Assembly: GCA_002704755.1 (NCBI GenBank)
Contig: PAHC01000011.1
Location: 66,780-130,779 of the forward strand
Origin: Rhodobiaceae bacterium
GTDB lineage: Bacteria; Pseudomonadota; Alphaproteobacteria; Rhizobiales; TMED25
DNA: 64,000 nt
Direction of reading: 5' to 3'
Shown here: positions 42,822-54,256 of the stretch, one piece after another
How positions within the stretch are numbered: the stretch's first letter is position 1
Layout of the letters: every line of letters begins with the position of its first letter
Notes under the pieces: model-generated
Database searches by the model: none
Told to the model about the DNA's origin: nothing
The model's input: the letters and a program-made list of their open reading frames with translations, nothing else
Translations under genes and position numbers: made by a program

Positions 42822-43379
42822 ATGCGTGTAATCACCGGTATTGCTAAGGGTAAAAAATTAATCTCCAGTAAAGATAATAATATTAGACCCACATCAGATA
42901 AAGTAAAAATGGGAATTTTTAATGTTCTCACTCATGGAAATATAAACTTTCAATTCGAGAACTCTAAGGTTCTCGATTTATTCTCTGGTTCTGGTGCTCT
43001 TGGGATAGAGGCATTATCAAGAGGGGCAAATCACTGTTTATTTGTTGATAAAAATAAAGAGTCAATATCAATTTGTGAGAGAAACATAATAAATTGTAAC
43101 TTTCAAGAAAAGTCATCAACAAGGCTATTTGATATAAAAAGTAAACGAGGTTTCATATATAGCACACAGTTTGATATTATATTTGTAGACCCTCCGTACA
43201 AAAGTGATTTTGTTCCCATAATGTTTGATTTTGTGATTAATAATAAATTATTAAAGAAAGGATCAGTAATTATAATTGAAGAAAGTATTGATCAAAACTT
43301 AAACTTAGATGAAAAATTTGAAAAGATTGAGAGAAAAGTCTATGGTAAGACTCAAGTTTTATTCTTAAAAGTTATCTAA
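42822..43379 (+). CDS. rsmD: 16S rRNA (guanine966-N2)-methyltransferase
   Basis: 185 aa with RPTSDKVK, VLDLFSGSGALGIEALSRGA and FVDPPY. Confidence 0.85.
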   Translation: MRVITGIAKGKKLISSKDNNIRPTSDKVKMGIFNVLTHGNINFQFENSKVLDLFSGSGALGIEALSRGANHCLFVDKNKESISICERNIINCNFQEKSSTRLFDIKSKRGFIYSTQFDIIFVDPPYKSDFVPIMFDFVINNKLLKKGSVIIIEESIDQNLNLDEKFEKIERKVYGKTQVLFLKVI

Positions 43380-45154
43380 ATTCTCTCAAATAGTTTTTCT
43401 ATCTCATTTTGGCTCAGAAAAATATGTGTTGGTCTCCCATGATTACATTGCCCTGAATTGGGTGTTTTCTCTATTTCCCTGAGTAACGCATTCATTTCAT
43501 CAATTTTCAATAATCTTCCACTTCGAACTGAACCATAACATGATATTTTTGATAAAATTTCATTTATTCTATCTTCAAGTGCACTTTTTATGAATTCCTT
43601 AGAAGATAAATCCAACAAATCCCTAATTAATTCATTTACATTAGTATCTTTAATTAGTGAAGGGATAGATCTTATGAGCAACTCATCACCAAATTCTTCA
43701 ATTTCAATGCCGACAGTATCTAAATCATTTTCTAATGATAATAATTTTTCTTTATCAAATTGATCACACGAATAAATATGAGGTAAAAGCAATATTTGCC
43801 TCTCAATTGCATTTTCATTAATACTTTTCTTTAATTTTTCAAAAACAATTCTTTCATGTGCAGCATGTTGATCCACAATTATCATCCCTTCCGAATTCTG
43901 AGCGAGTATATAATTTTTAAAAATCTGCGCTTTGGCAAAGCCTAAGGGAAATTCATTAATATCATTACTTGTTGTATAAGATGATAAGTTTACTATTGCT
44001 GGTATTTCGTCATTATCTTGGTCACTTAAATTAAAAGATCCATTGATATCATAAATTGAAAGATTACCCTGAGAGTTAATTTGCTCTTTGTCCAGGCTTC
44101 TATTTATTTGACTGATCTTTTTCTCATAAAACTTACTAAAAACATTTAAGCTCTGGTTGACATTTTGATTTAGAGCTTTACTTATAGAACTGACTAACTT
44201 TGATTGTATAATCCTCTCATCTGTAAATCTTACCTCAGACTTTGAAGGATGCACATTAACATCAACTGAGTCATATGCAATATTCAATTTAATTACAAAG
44301 ATTGGAAATCTACCCTTAGGAAGTTTATCACCGTAAGCAGCTCTAATAGCGCCACTAAGTTTCCTATCTTGAATTATTCTATTATTTACGAGTAAGTATT
44401 GATTATTCGAATTAGATCTATTGTATGATGGTAATCCAATATTGCCAGTAATATTCACATGGGAGTCTTCATAGCTTAATTCTATCATATTCTTCATGAA
44501 ATCCGTGCCCAGTATTTCTTCTACCCTCCAATCAAAAATATTTTCATGATCACCATCAATAGCTCCATAACTCAAATATGTTGTGTTATCTATTTCAATA
44601 TTGAAAAATATACTTGGATTTGATATTGCAAGTCTCTTTACTGTATCAACTATAGAAATTTGCTCACTTCTAGAGCTTTTTAAGAATTTATATCTTGCTG
44701 GTAATTTTAAAAAGATATTACTAACTTTTACTATTGTACCTTGATTTGAAGCAGATTTTCTTATGTCTTTGATATCACCATAATCAACAACAATTCTATG
44801 TCCTATGCCATTTTTTACTTTAGATATTATTTCTAATCTAGAGACGGAGCCAATGGAGGGAAGAGCTTCCCCTCTAAATCCAAGAGTTTTTATCTTTTGT
44901 ATATTATTTGAATTAAGTTTAGAAGTAGCATGTCTTTGTATACAAAGTTGTAGATCTGATGGTGACATTCCATCGCCATCATCTTCAATTTCAATATATT
45001 CTTTACCACCATCTTTAATCCTAATGGTAATAGTTTTCGCATTAGCATCTATAGAATTTTCAATTAATTCTTTGACTATTGAAGCTGGTTTTTCAATTAC
45101 TTCGCCAGCAGCTATTTGATTTATTATATTATTATCAAGTAGCTTTATTGTCAT
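43376..45154 (-). CDS. mutL: DNA mismatch repair protein MutL
   Basis: 592 aa with a GHKL ATPase N-terminus (IAAGEVIEKPASIVKELIENSIDA, DDGDGM, LGFRGEAL) and a C-terminal dimerisation domain (DQHAAHERI, CNHGRPT). Confidence 0.95.
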   Translation of the reverse strand: MTIKLLDNNIINQIAAGEVIEKPASIVKELIENSIDANAKTITIRIKDGGKEYIEIEDDGDGMSPSDLQLCIQRHATSKLNSNNIQKIKTLGFRGEALPSIGSVSRLEIISKVKNGIGHRIVVDYGDIKDIRKSASNQGTIVKVSNIFLKLPARYKFLKSSRSEQISIVDTVKRLAISNPSIFFNIEIDNTTYLSYGAIDGDHENIFDWRVEEILGTDFMKNMIELSYEDSHVNITGNIGLPSYNRSNSNNQYLLVNNRIIQDRKLSGAIRAAYGDKLPKGRFPIFVIKLNIAYDSVDVNVHPSKSEVRFTDERIIQSKLVSSISKALNQNVNQSLNVFSKFYEKKISQINRSLDKEQINSQGNLSIYDINGSFNLSDQDNDEIPAIVNLSSYTTSNDINEFPLGFAKAQIFKNYILAQNSEGMIIVDQHAAHERIVFEKLKKSINENAIERQILLLPHIYSCDQFDKEKLLSLENDLDTVGIEIEEFGDELLIRSIPSLIKDTNVNELIRDLLDLSSKEFIKSALEDRINEILSKISCYGSVRSGRLLKIDEMNALLREIEKTPNSGQCNHGRPTHIFLSQNEIEKLFERI

Positions 45155-45181
45155 ATCAATAACAGAACGTACGTTCGTTTT

Positions 45182-45961
45182 TTAAAATAATCCAAAACCA
45201 CTGCTTAATTCTCCCCAGAGTCCATTAAATACGTTAGGTATTTCTTTTTCAGTATTATTTTCCTGTTCAAAATCTGAACCTCCCTGAAGCTCATTTGTCG
45301 TATTTATCTCTTCTTTAGGTTTATCAATTCCAAGACCATCTTCAATTCTAATATCATAGTTCACATTTTCATTTGATTTACTGGAACCATCTTGAAGGTT
45401 GCTCAACATAAATTGGTTCATGCTTAAACCTTCAACATTGACCGTATCATCAATCAAACTGATCGGTTCGCTATTACTTGTTGGACTTCCCTTAATCAAT
45501 TCCATAGACTCTAGTTCTGGATCTAAAACTTCATTATTTTCACTCTTTAGCCGAGATAGATACTCTGCAAGGGTTTCATCCTGAAAAGCCCCTTCTTCAG
45601 CATATAATTCCCTCTTAATTTCCGGGTTTGCATCTTGCGCCTTTGCCATTTGCAAAATGAAAGCTTCACCATCTGAAACTTCGCTATCATTTTGCGAACC
45701 CAAGACTGCTTCTTTTGCATTTGTCATCGGCTCATCAATAAACATAATTTGATTTTCATTTGGGGGTCTTAATAAATAATCAGGTGGCATTTTTAGTGGT
45801 TTTTTTGTTATTGTTAAAAATTCATCAGGAGGACCAGCTTGAAATGCATTCCCGGAATAAGAAGTTGAGACAAATTCTTTTAATGAAGAACCACAACTTG
45901 GCAATATACAAAGTAGTGTTAGAGTGAGTAGTTTTGACAAATAATTTTGATTAAAGTTCAT
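45182..45961 (-). CDS. lipoprotein, DUF3035-like (possible BamF-type)
   Basis: Lipobox LLCILPSCGS, then PPDEFLTITKKPLKMPPDYLLRPP as I recall for DUF3035, and an acidic C-terminal half. It lies downstream of lspA. I prefer ATG 45961 over the track start 46006, which overlaps lspA. Confidence 0.5.
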   Translation of the reverse strand: MNFNQNYLSKLLTLTLLCILPSCGSSLKEFVSTSYSGNAFQAGPPDEFLTITKKPLKMPPDYLLRPPNENQIMFIDEPMTNAKEAVLGSQNDSEVSDGEAFILQMAKAQDANPEIKRELYAEEGAFQDETLAEYLSRLKSENNEVLDPELESMELIKGSPTSNSEPISLIDDTVNVEGLSMNQFMLSNLQDGSSKSNENVNYDIRIEDGLGIDKPKEEINTTNELQGGSDFEQENNTEKEIPNVFNGLWGELSSGFGLF

Positions 45962-45965
45962 ATAA

Positions 45966-46469
45966 TTAAATTCTATTTTTTTTAATGTTAGGATAAATAT
46001 AACCATATATCAATATGAATAGCCCCATTACTATATAAATGTCTGCAACATTAAACACATACCAACTGAAATTTTTTATATGAAAATAAAAAAAATCTGC
46101 AACTGCAGAGTAGATCAACCTATCCATAATATTTGAAATCGCGCCAGAAATAATAAGGATACTTGAGATCATTCCATATTTATTACCTGAGCTGTTTATA
46201 ATTTTTATAGCCCAAAGGCAAATCAACAAAGATATGATACTTATAATAAGTTGCCCTGCATAACTGTCTTGAGGGAAAAGTCCATAGCTAATACCTTGGT
46301 TCCAAACTAAAACTAAATCCAAGAAATCTGTTATAATAATTGGCTCTTTGTTATCGGATAAAAGGTTAAGCAAATATACTTTTGTTAATCTATCAAATAA
46401 AAATAAAGTGCCAATGTGTATGATATATCTCTTGTAATGTAATAAGAACTTAATATTATCGATTATCAT
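45966..46469 (-). CDS. lspA: lipoprotein signal peptidase (signal peptidase II)
   Basis: 167 aa with four TM helices, NQGISYGLF and catalytic-Asp region NIMDRLIYSAVADFF...FNVAD. Confidence 0.9.
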   Translation of the reverse strand: MIIDNIKFLLHYKRYIIHIGTLFLFDRLTKVYLLNLLSDNKEPIIITDFLDLVLVWNQGISYGLFPQDSYAGQLIISIISLLICLWAIKIINSSGNKYGMISSILIISGAISNIMDRLIYSAVADFFYFHIKNFSWYVFNVADIYIVMGLFILIYGYIYPNIKKNRI

Positions 46470-46480
46470 TCAGATGATAC

Positions 46481-49435
46481 TTATTTCAATTTCATGAATT
46501 CTCTGACAGCTTCAGCATCTCTTAGGGATAGTGTTGGATACTCTGGATCTTTACCTACATCCTCAGATATTCGCCATGATCTCTGGCATTTAGCTCCTTT
46601 TGCCATTTCTACAACTACACCGATATTAGGCTCTTCTTCAAGTATAAAACTATCCTTGATAGGTGATTGATTGACCACACTGAAACTGCTTGTAATTGAA
46701 ATCTCAGCAAGATCTATATCTTTTATCGCGCTTAAGAGGTCATTATCATCAGTATATACTTTTACGCCCGCCTCAAGGCTAGAGCCAATTTCTTTTTCTT
46801 TCCTCTTTATTTCTAAAGCAGCTGTAATAGTCTTTCTTAATTTTTTTATATTTGACCATTTTAAATCTAAGTCTTTATCTATCCATTCTGTATTGATTGG
46901 AACAAAATGACTTTTATGAATTGATTTATTATCATTGAATTTGTAATGTCCCCAAACTTCATCCATTGTGAAGCTTAGTATGGGTGAATAAAGTTTTATG
47001 ATTACATTAAAAATATTATTTATTACATATAAAGTTGATCTTCTCTTGTTGCTAGAAAAAGCATCACAATATAGGCAGTCTTTCCTAATATCAAAATAAA
47101 ATGCAGATAATTCTAAATTGATAAAATTCATAAGTAATGTGGTAACTCTTCTGTAATCATATTGATTATAAGCCTCCAAAACCTCACTCTGCAGATGTGT
47201 AAGTCTATCGAGCATATAGAGTTCAAGTTCATCCATATCTAATTTATTATAAACCCATTTTTCATCATAATTTGACAGAACACCCAGCATCCAGCGTGTT
47301 GTATTTCTGATTTTGCGATATGCTTCTACAATAGATTTTAATATTTCATCTCCAATACGCTGATCATCACTATAATCTGTTGAAGCGACCCACAACCTCA
47401 AGATGTCTGCGCCATATTTCTTTACCACATCTTGCGGAGATACTACATTTCCAAGGGACTTTGACATTTTTTTCCCATCCTTATCCATGGTAAAGCCATG
47501 AGTTAGAACGGATTTATATGGTGCCCTTCCTCTAGTGATACTGCTTTCAAGTAATGATGAATGAAACCATCCCCTATGCTGGTCACTTCCTTCCAGATAC
47601 ATATCGGCTGGCCATAATTTTCCTTCACTATTTTCTAAAACAAAAGCATGGGTTGTTCCAGACTCAAACCAAACGTCTAGTATATCATTTACCTTTTCCC
47701 AGTTGTTAATGTCATCCACAATACCATCTAAAAATCTTTTCTCAGATCCTTCTTCGAACCAAGCATTCGCACCCTCGTGTGAAAATATTCCATATACACG
47801 TTCAAGGAATTCTTCAGATTTTTTGAAATCCTTATTTGGAATAAAACTACCGTCGGTTTTATTAACAAATAATGCAATTGGAACCCCCCATGCTCTTTGC
47901 CTGGATAGAACCCAGTCTGGTCTATTTTCGATCATGGAATTCAGTCGATTCTTTCCAGCATGCGGGTAAAATTTAGTCTCAGAAATTGATTTTAATGCAA
48001 TGGCCCTAAGACCCTCCTGCTTATTATCCTGCATTGAAATAAACCACTGCGGAGTATTTCTAAAAATTACAGGTTTCTTTGATCTCCAGGAATGAGGGTA
48101 TTGATGTTCAAATCTTTTTCGTGCAATTATTGAATTAGTATCTGCTAATTTACTAATAACGTAATCGTTTGCTTTTCCTTTTTTACCATTTTTATCAAAA
48201 ACGAAAATACCATTAAACCCATCAATACTTGGATTAAATGCCCCATCCTCATTCACGGTGTATGGTATTGAACTGTCTATCCCAGCTCTTTCAATATCTT
48301 TTTTGTATTTCATCCATATTTCAAAGTCATCAGTACCATGCCCGGGAGCAGTATGAACAAAGCCTGAGCCCGCATCATCGGTCACATGATTTCCATCGAG
48401 CAATGGGACTTGGAATTCAAACCCTTTAAAAACAGACTTAAATGGATGGTTGCATACTACTGATTTGATTACATCTGGGAGTACCTCTTTAATTTTTGTA
48501 TATCTGACTACTTTTGCGGAACTCATCACAGCTTCTACTAGGCTATCAGCAATTAGATATTTCTCTCCGACTTTGGCCCATACTTCACCTTCTGTATCTT
48601 CTATTTGATACAAACTATATTTAATGTCAGATGAAAATGATATTGCTCGATTCCCAGGTATTGTCCAGGGTGTAGTGGTCCAGATAATAATATAAGTTCC
48701 TGCTAATAATTTTGATGTATCATTTTCTTCTATCTTTGTTTTTTCGCTATCAACTGCAAATTTTACCCATATTGCATCTGAAACATAGTCCAAATATTCA
48801 ACTTCAGCTTCTGCTAGAGCAGTCTTTTCCACTACCGACCACATAACAGGCTTAGAACCTCTGTATAAGGCTCCGTCCATCGTGGCTATTTTCAATAACT
48901 CTTTTGCGATTAGTGCTTCTGATTCATATTTCATAGTTGTATATGAATTGTCCCAGTCTCCAATTACACCGAGACGCTTGAATTCATCTTTTTGTACATT
49001 TATCCAATGAGAAGCAAAATTACGACACTCATCACGAAATTGATTGATAGGAATTGAGTCTTTGTCTATTCCTTTCTCGCGATATTTTTCTTCGATCTTC
49101 CATTCAATCGGCAATCCATGGCAATCCCAGCCGGGTATATAAGATACATTATACCCCATCATAGACTTTGATCTTACAATAAGATCTTTTAGAATCTTAT
49201 TTAGAGCATGACCAATATGCAGATTTCCATTTGCGTAAGGAGGCCCGTCATGCAATACAAATGATTCATTCCCATTAGTATTAATTCTATTTTGATGATA
49301 AATATCTTCTGATTCCCATTTCTTTAGGATGGATGGTTCAGCGTCAGGAAGGTTTGCTCTCATAGGGAAATCAGTTTTGGGAAGCAGAATCGTTTCCGCC
49401 CAATTTATTTCTGCTTTATCCTTATTATCTGTCAT
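46481..49435 (-). CDS. ileS: isoleucyl-tRNA synthetase
   Basis: 984 aa class I aaRS with PYANGNLHIGHALN (HIGH), KMSKSLGN (KMSKS) and a CP1 editing domain. Confidence 0.98.
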   Translation of the reverse strand: MTDNKDKAEINWAETILLPKTDFPMRANLPDAEPSILKKWESEDIYHQNRINTNGNESFVLHDGPPYANGNLHIGHALNKILKDLIVRSKSMMGYNVSYIPGWDCHGLPIEWKIEEKYREKGIDKDSIPINQFRDECRNFASHWINVQKDEFKRLGVIGDWDNSYTTMKYESEALIAKELLKIATMDGALYRGSKPVMWSVVEKTALAEAEVEYLDYVSDAIWVKFAVDSEKTKIEENDTSKLLAGTYIIIWTTTPWTIPGNRAISFSSDIKYSLYQIEDTEGEVWAKVGEKYLIADSLVEAVMSSAKVVRYTKIKEVLPDVIKSVVCNHPFKSVFKGFEFQVPLLDGNHVTDDAGSGFVHTAPGHGTDDFEIWMKYKKDIERAGIDSSIPYTVNEDGAFNPSIDGFNGIFVFDKNGKKGKANDYVISKLADTNSIIARKRFEHQYPHSWRSKKPVIFRNTPQWFISMQDNKQEGLRAIALKSISETKFYPHAGKNRLNSMIENRPDWVLSRQRAWGVPIALFVNKTDGSFIPNKDFKKSEEFLERVYGIFSHEGANAWFEEGSEKRFLDGIVDDINNWEKVNDILDVWFESGTTHAFVLENSEGKLWPADMYLEGSDQHRGWFHSSLLESSITRGRAPYKSVLTHGFTMDKDGKKMSKSLGNVVSPQDVVKKYGADILRLWVASTDYSDDQRIGDEILKSIVEAYRKIRNTTRWMLGVLSNYDEKWVYNKLDMDELELYMLDRLTHLQSEVLEAYNQYDYRRVTTLLMNFINLELSAFYFDIRKDCLYCDAFSSNKRRSTLYVINNIFNVIIKLYSPILSFTMDEVWGHYKFNDNKSIHKSHFVPINTEWIDKDLDLKWSNIKKLRKTITAALEIKRKEKEIGSSLEAGVKVYTDDNDLLSAIKDIDLAEISITSSFSVVNQSPIKDSFILEEEPNIGVVVEMAKGAKCQRSWRISEDVGKDPEYPTLSLRDAEAVREFMKLK

Positions 49436-49447
49436 TACTTCTATTGA

Positions 49448-50407
49448 TTATGAATTGTCTATTAAACTAGTATTTTTGTCGTAATATTGCAGTTTATCTC
49501 TAACATTACAACAATCAATTTCCATTTGTTTTTTGAGTTCTTCTTCGTTCTTAAATTTTTGATCTTCTCTTATGAAATCAATAAACTCAATTTTGACCTC
49601 TAGATTATAAATATCTCCATCGAAGTCAAAGATATAAGTTTCTAGGATATCCCCATGATCATTGAATGTAGGGCGAGCTCCATAATAAGATGCTCCATGA
49701 TATTTTTTTCCTTCCAAATAAACATTTGTTGCGTATATACCGTGCGCTAATTTAAGTGAGTCCTGAAATTCAATATTAATTGTTGGGAAGCCCATCTCAG
49801 TTCCTTTTTTCTTGCCGTGTTTTACATGACCATTTACATACCAATAATGTCCAAGTAATTTAGTTAGATTCCTGATATTACCGTTTGTTATATTAGACCT
49901 AACGAGTGAGGAGGAGTAAATCACTGAATTTATATCTTTTTGTTTCTGTATACTGTTAAAACCAATGTTTTTTGAATTACATAGTTTTTCTAACTTTTGA
50001 ACATCACCAGACCTTTCATATCCAAATCTGAAATCTTCACCTACAATCACATGATGAGCTTCTAAATTTTTGTAAATTACTTCCAAAAAAAACTCTTCTG
50101 GGCTCATTTTTGATAAACTTTTATCAAAATTTAACTCAAACAAAACATCGATATTAAGTTTTTCTAAAATTTCGATTTTGATAGCATCTGTTGTTACTTG
50201 ATGAAAATTTTTTAAACCACCAAAATAAGCTTTTGGATGAGGATCAAAAGTAATAATACCAGATTTTTTATCCTCAGCATTGGCAATTTCTAATACTTTA
50301 TTAAGAAGATGTTTGTGGCCAAGATGTATGCCATCAAAATTACCTATAGCAATGACACTTTTTTTGCACATGTCAGGAATATTGGTATAACCATTAATTA
50401 TATGCAT
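49448..50407 (-). CDS. ribF: bifunctional riboflavin kinase / FMN adenylyltransferase
   Basis: IGNFDGIHLGH, FDPHP and a C-terminal kinase domain (GFPTINI, YYGARPTF). The start is uncertain: ATG 50407 leaves a 4-nt gap to the upstream gene, while the track start 50449 overlaps it by 38 nt. Confidence 0.9.
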   Translation of the reverse strand: MHIINGYTNIPDMCKKSVIAIGNFDGIHLGHKHLLNKVLEIANAEDKKSGIITFDPHPKAYFGGLKNFHQVTTDAIKIEILEKLNIDVLFELNFDKSLSKMSPEEFFLEVIYKNLEAHHVIVGEDFRFGYERSGDVQKLEKLCNSKNIGFNSIQKQKDINSVIYSSSLVRSNITNGNIRNLTKLLGHYWYVNGHVKHGKKKGTEMGFPTINIEFQDSLKLAHGIYATNVYLEGKKYHGASYYGARPTFNDHGDILETYIFDFDGDIYNLEVKIEFIDFIREDQKFKNEEELKKQMEIDCCNVRDKLQYYDKNTSLIDNS

Positions 50408-50411
50408 ATCA

Positions 50412-51314
50412 TCACTTAAGCTCAGTTTGTATATATCGTGGTTCTTCACTCAAAGAAAAATTGGAACTGATATAATCTCTTATCATATCTATATCAATTT
50501 TTGAACTATGGTTTTTGTTAACAATATCATTTTTATGGACACCATTAAGAATAAACATTGAGTCTATCTTAAAATTGTCTGCACCAGAAATATCAGTATG
50601 CAACCCATCTCCGATTGCAAGAATATCTGATTTACTAATTAAATTTTTTTGTCTCTTATTAGCTTCATCTAAAGCCAACTCGTAAATGGGTTTGAATGGT
50701 TTACCAAAATAACTAACTTCCCCCCCCAACTGATTATACCTTTGGGCGATCAGTCCAGCACAGGGTAATTTAATTTCTCCTCTATGGACATACAAATCTG
50801 GATTTGCACAATGTATCTTAATATTTCTATCCAAGAGGGTGTTCAATAACTCTTCATAATCATTCAGCGTTTCGGTATATTCATCAAAAAATCCAGTACA
50901 AATACATTCTGAGCACGACTTTTGATCTGCAAAATTCAAATCCAGATCAGAAAAGAGTGAGTAATCTTTTTTTGGCCCAATATGAAAGATGGATTTGTCA
51001 GCAATAGAACAAATCCAGTTGTAACTACAATCACCAGATGTAACAATATTTTCACAAATTGATTTATCTATACCCATATTTAATAGATATTCCCTTATAA
51101 CTGAAGACCTTCTTGGTGCATTAGTAATCAAGAAAACTAAACCTCCTTGCCTCTGAAAATCCCTCAAAAATTCAACAGCTTTTGGGTAATAATCTTTGCC
51201 ATTATGAATAACACCCCAAATATCACAAAGGATAAGTTTATAATTTTTGTGAAGATCACTTTTCTTTGGAATTATCATAAGCGTGTGCAATAAGTTATCA
51301 AATAACAATAACAA
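50412..51314 (-). CDS. HAD-superfamily class IIA hydrolase (TIGR01459-like)
   Basis: HAD motif I CDIWGVIHNG, motif II ITNAPR and motif IV GDGLHTDI. The start is TTG 51314 or ATG 51278. Confidence 0.75.
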   Translation of the reverse strand: MLLLFDNLLHTLMIIPKKSDLHKNYKLILCDIWGVIHNGKDYYPKAVEFLRDFQRQGGLVFLITNAPRRSSVIREYLLNMGIDKSICENIVTSGDCSYNWICSIADKSIFHIGPKKDYSLFSDLDLNFADQKSCSECICTGFFDEYTETLNDYEELLNTLLDRNIKIHCANPDLYVHRGEIKLPCAGLIAQRYNQLGGEVSYFGKPFKPIYELALDEANKRQKNLISKSDILAIGDGLHTDISGADNFKIDSMFILNGVHKNDIVNKNHSSKIDIDMIRDYISSNFSLSEEPRYIQTELK

Positions 51315-51397
51315 ACATAATCTTTATAAATTAATAATTCAATAATTGTTAAATTGTAACAAAATCAATTTTATTTGAATAATTCTATCAATATCTA

Positions 51398-51426
51398 TTG
51401 ACAAATATCAATAGAATCCATATATC
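51398..51426 (+). promoter_or_regulatory. candidate groESL promoter (sigma70-like TTGACA-17-TATATC; also reads as a sigma32-like TTGA...CCATAT)
   Basis: TTGACA at 51398-51403, a 17-nt spacer, then TATATC at 51421-51426. CCATAT at 51418-51423 lies 14 nt after the -35 element. By-eye promoter calls in AT-rich DNA are weak evidence. Confidence 0.4.
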
Positions 51427-51433
51427 AGAATTG

Positions 51434-51460
51434 TTGGCACTCTAATAGGGTGAGTGCTAC
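51434..51460 (+). promoter_or_regulatory. CIRCE operator (HrcA binding site) upstream of groES
   Basis: TTGGCACTC-N9-GAGTGCTAC compared with consensus TTAGCACTC-N9-GAGTGCTAA. It sits 34 nt upstream of the groES ATG. Confidence 0.8.
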
Positions 51461-51493
51461 TTAATTATCAATTAAAAAATTGGAGATTTGAAT

Positions 51494-51781
51494 ATGAGCT
51501 TTCGTCCATTGCATGATCGCGTTTTAGTACGTCGAGTAGATGAAGATGAAAAAACATCTGGTGGTATTATTATCCCAGACACAGCAAAAGAAAAACCAAG
51601 CCAGGGTGAAGTTGTTTCTGTTGGTCCAGGTGAAAGAGATGACTCTGGAAAGAGAGTAACTCTTGATGTGAAACCAGGTGACAAAGTTTTATTTGGCAAA
51701 TGGTCAGGTACAGAAGTTAAAGTCGGTGATGAAGAACTCTTAATAATGAAAGAGTCTGACATCATTGGCATAGTAGAATAA
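51494..51781 (+). CDS. groES: co-chaperonin GroES
   Basis: [14 protein letters not shown]...[13 protein letters not shown] with GGAG SD 8 nt upstream of ATG 51494. The track start TTG 51488 is less likely. Confidence 0.97.
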   Translation: MSFRPLHDRVLVRRVDEDEKTSGGIIIPDTAKEKPSQGEVVSVGPGERDDSGKRVTLDVKPGDKVLFGKWSGTEVKVGDEELLIMKESDIIGIVE

Positions 51782-51785
51782 TTAA

Positions 51786-53453
<1,668 letters not shown>

Positions 53454-53484
53454 TTGCCCATAACCAATACTAAGGTTAAATAAC

Positions 53485-53517
53485 AAAAAACCCTCTCATT
53501 ATGAGAGGGTTTTTTTT
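53485..53517. terminator. bidirectional rho-independent terminator between groEL and hisG
   Basis: A6, then stem CCCTCTC/GAGAGGG (extendable to 9 bp) with a short loop, then T8. It works on either strand. The T run touches the hisG stop codon. Confidence 0.8.
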
Positions 53518-54256
53518 ATTCCGATAAAATTATTTTAAATTTCTGAATATTTTTCTCAGAACATTTTAACTTACTGAGTAAATTTTCAAGTAGACTCAAC
53601 TTTTCTTCATTCCATGTTGTATTTAAAGCACCAAACAAACACGCCTGACTTCTTAATAGTGTTCCTAAGTCAATTCTTTTAAGTTGATTTGCCTTCAACG
53701 TAGATCCCGTGCTTGTGATATCAATTATTATTTCAGATGATCCATATGCTGGGGCACCTTCAGTGGCTCCATGACTGTCCACAAGCAGATAATCAGAATA
53801 GCCAAGTGCTTCAAAAAAATTACGTGAAATATTTGGGTATTTTGTTGCTATTCTCAGACGTTTCTTATTCTTAATCCGAAAATCATAAATGACATCTTCA
53901 AGATCAGTTATTGATTTTACATCTATCCAGCTTGACGGAACCGCAACAACCACATCTGCAAACCCAAAGCCTAATTCCATTAAATTAAAAATACAATCTT
54001 TAGGCTCATAAATATATTCTTCAATTAAATCTAAACCCGTTATCCCTAAATCAATAGAACCCTTTTGAAGCTCATACGAAATCTCTTTTGGAGATAGAAA
54101 AATAATATCGATATTCTCAATACCAACCATTTTACCGGTATATTCACGCTCACCATTTCCTCTTTGGATTTTTAGACCTGAATTTAAGAAGATTTCTTCA
54201 GTATCTTTTTGAAGCCTACCTTTATTTGGGATGCCAATAATCAAATTCTCAGCCAT
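53516..54256 (-). CDS. hisG: ATP phosphoribosyltransferase catalytic subunit (short, HisZ-dependent form)
   Basis: 246 aa with GIPNKGRL, DLGITGLDL, RIATKYPN and DITSTGSTLKANQL. It lacks the C-terminal regulatory domain and is adjacent to hisZ. Confidence 0.9.
   Translation of the reverse strand: MAENLIIGIPNKGRLQKDTEEIFLNSGLKIQRGNGEREYTGKMVGIENIDIIFLSPKEISYELQKGSIDLGITGLDLIEEYIYEPKDCIFNLMELGFGFADVVVAVPSSWIDVKSITDLEDVIYDFRIKNKKRLRIATKYPNISRNFFEALGYSDYLLVDSHGATEGAPAYGSSEIIIDITSTGSTLKANQLKRIDLGTLLRSQACLFGALNTTWNEEKLSLLENLLSKLKCSEKNIQKFKIILSE

Noticed and set aside
51472-51771. 99-aa ORF antisense to groES.
   Set aside because: Same reasoning as above: it mirrors the groES frame, is low complexity, and has no start context.
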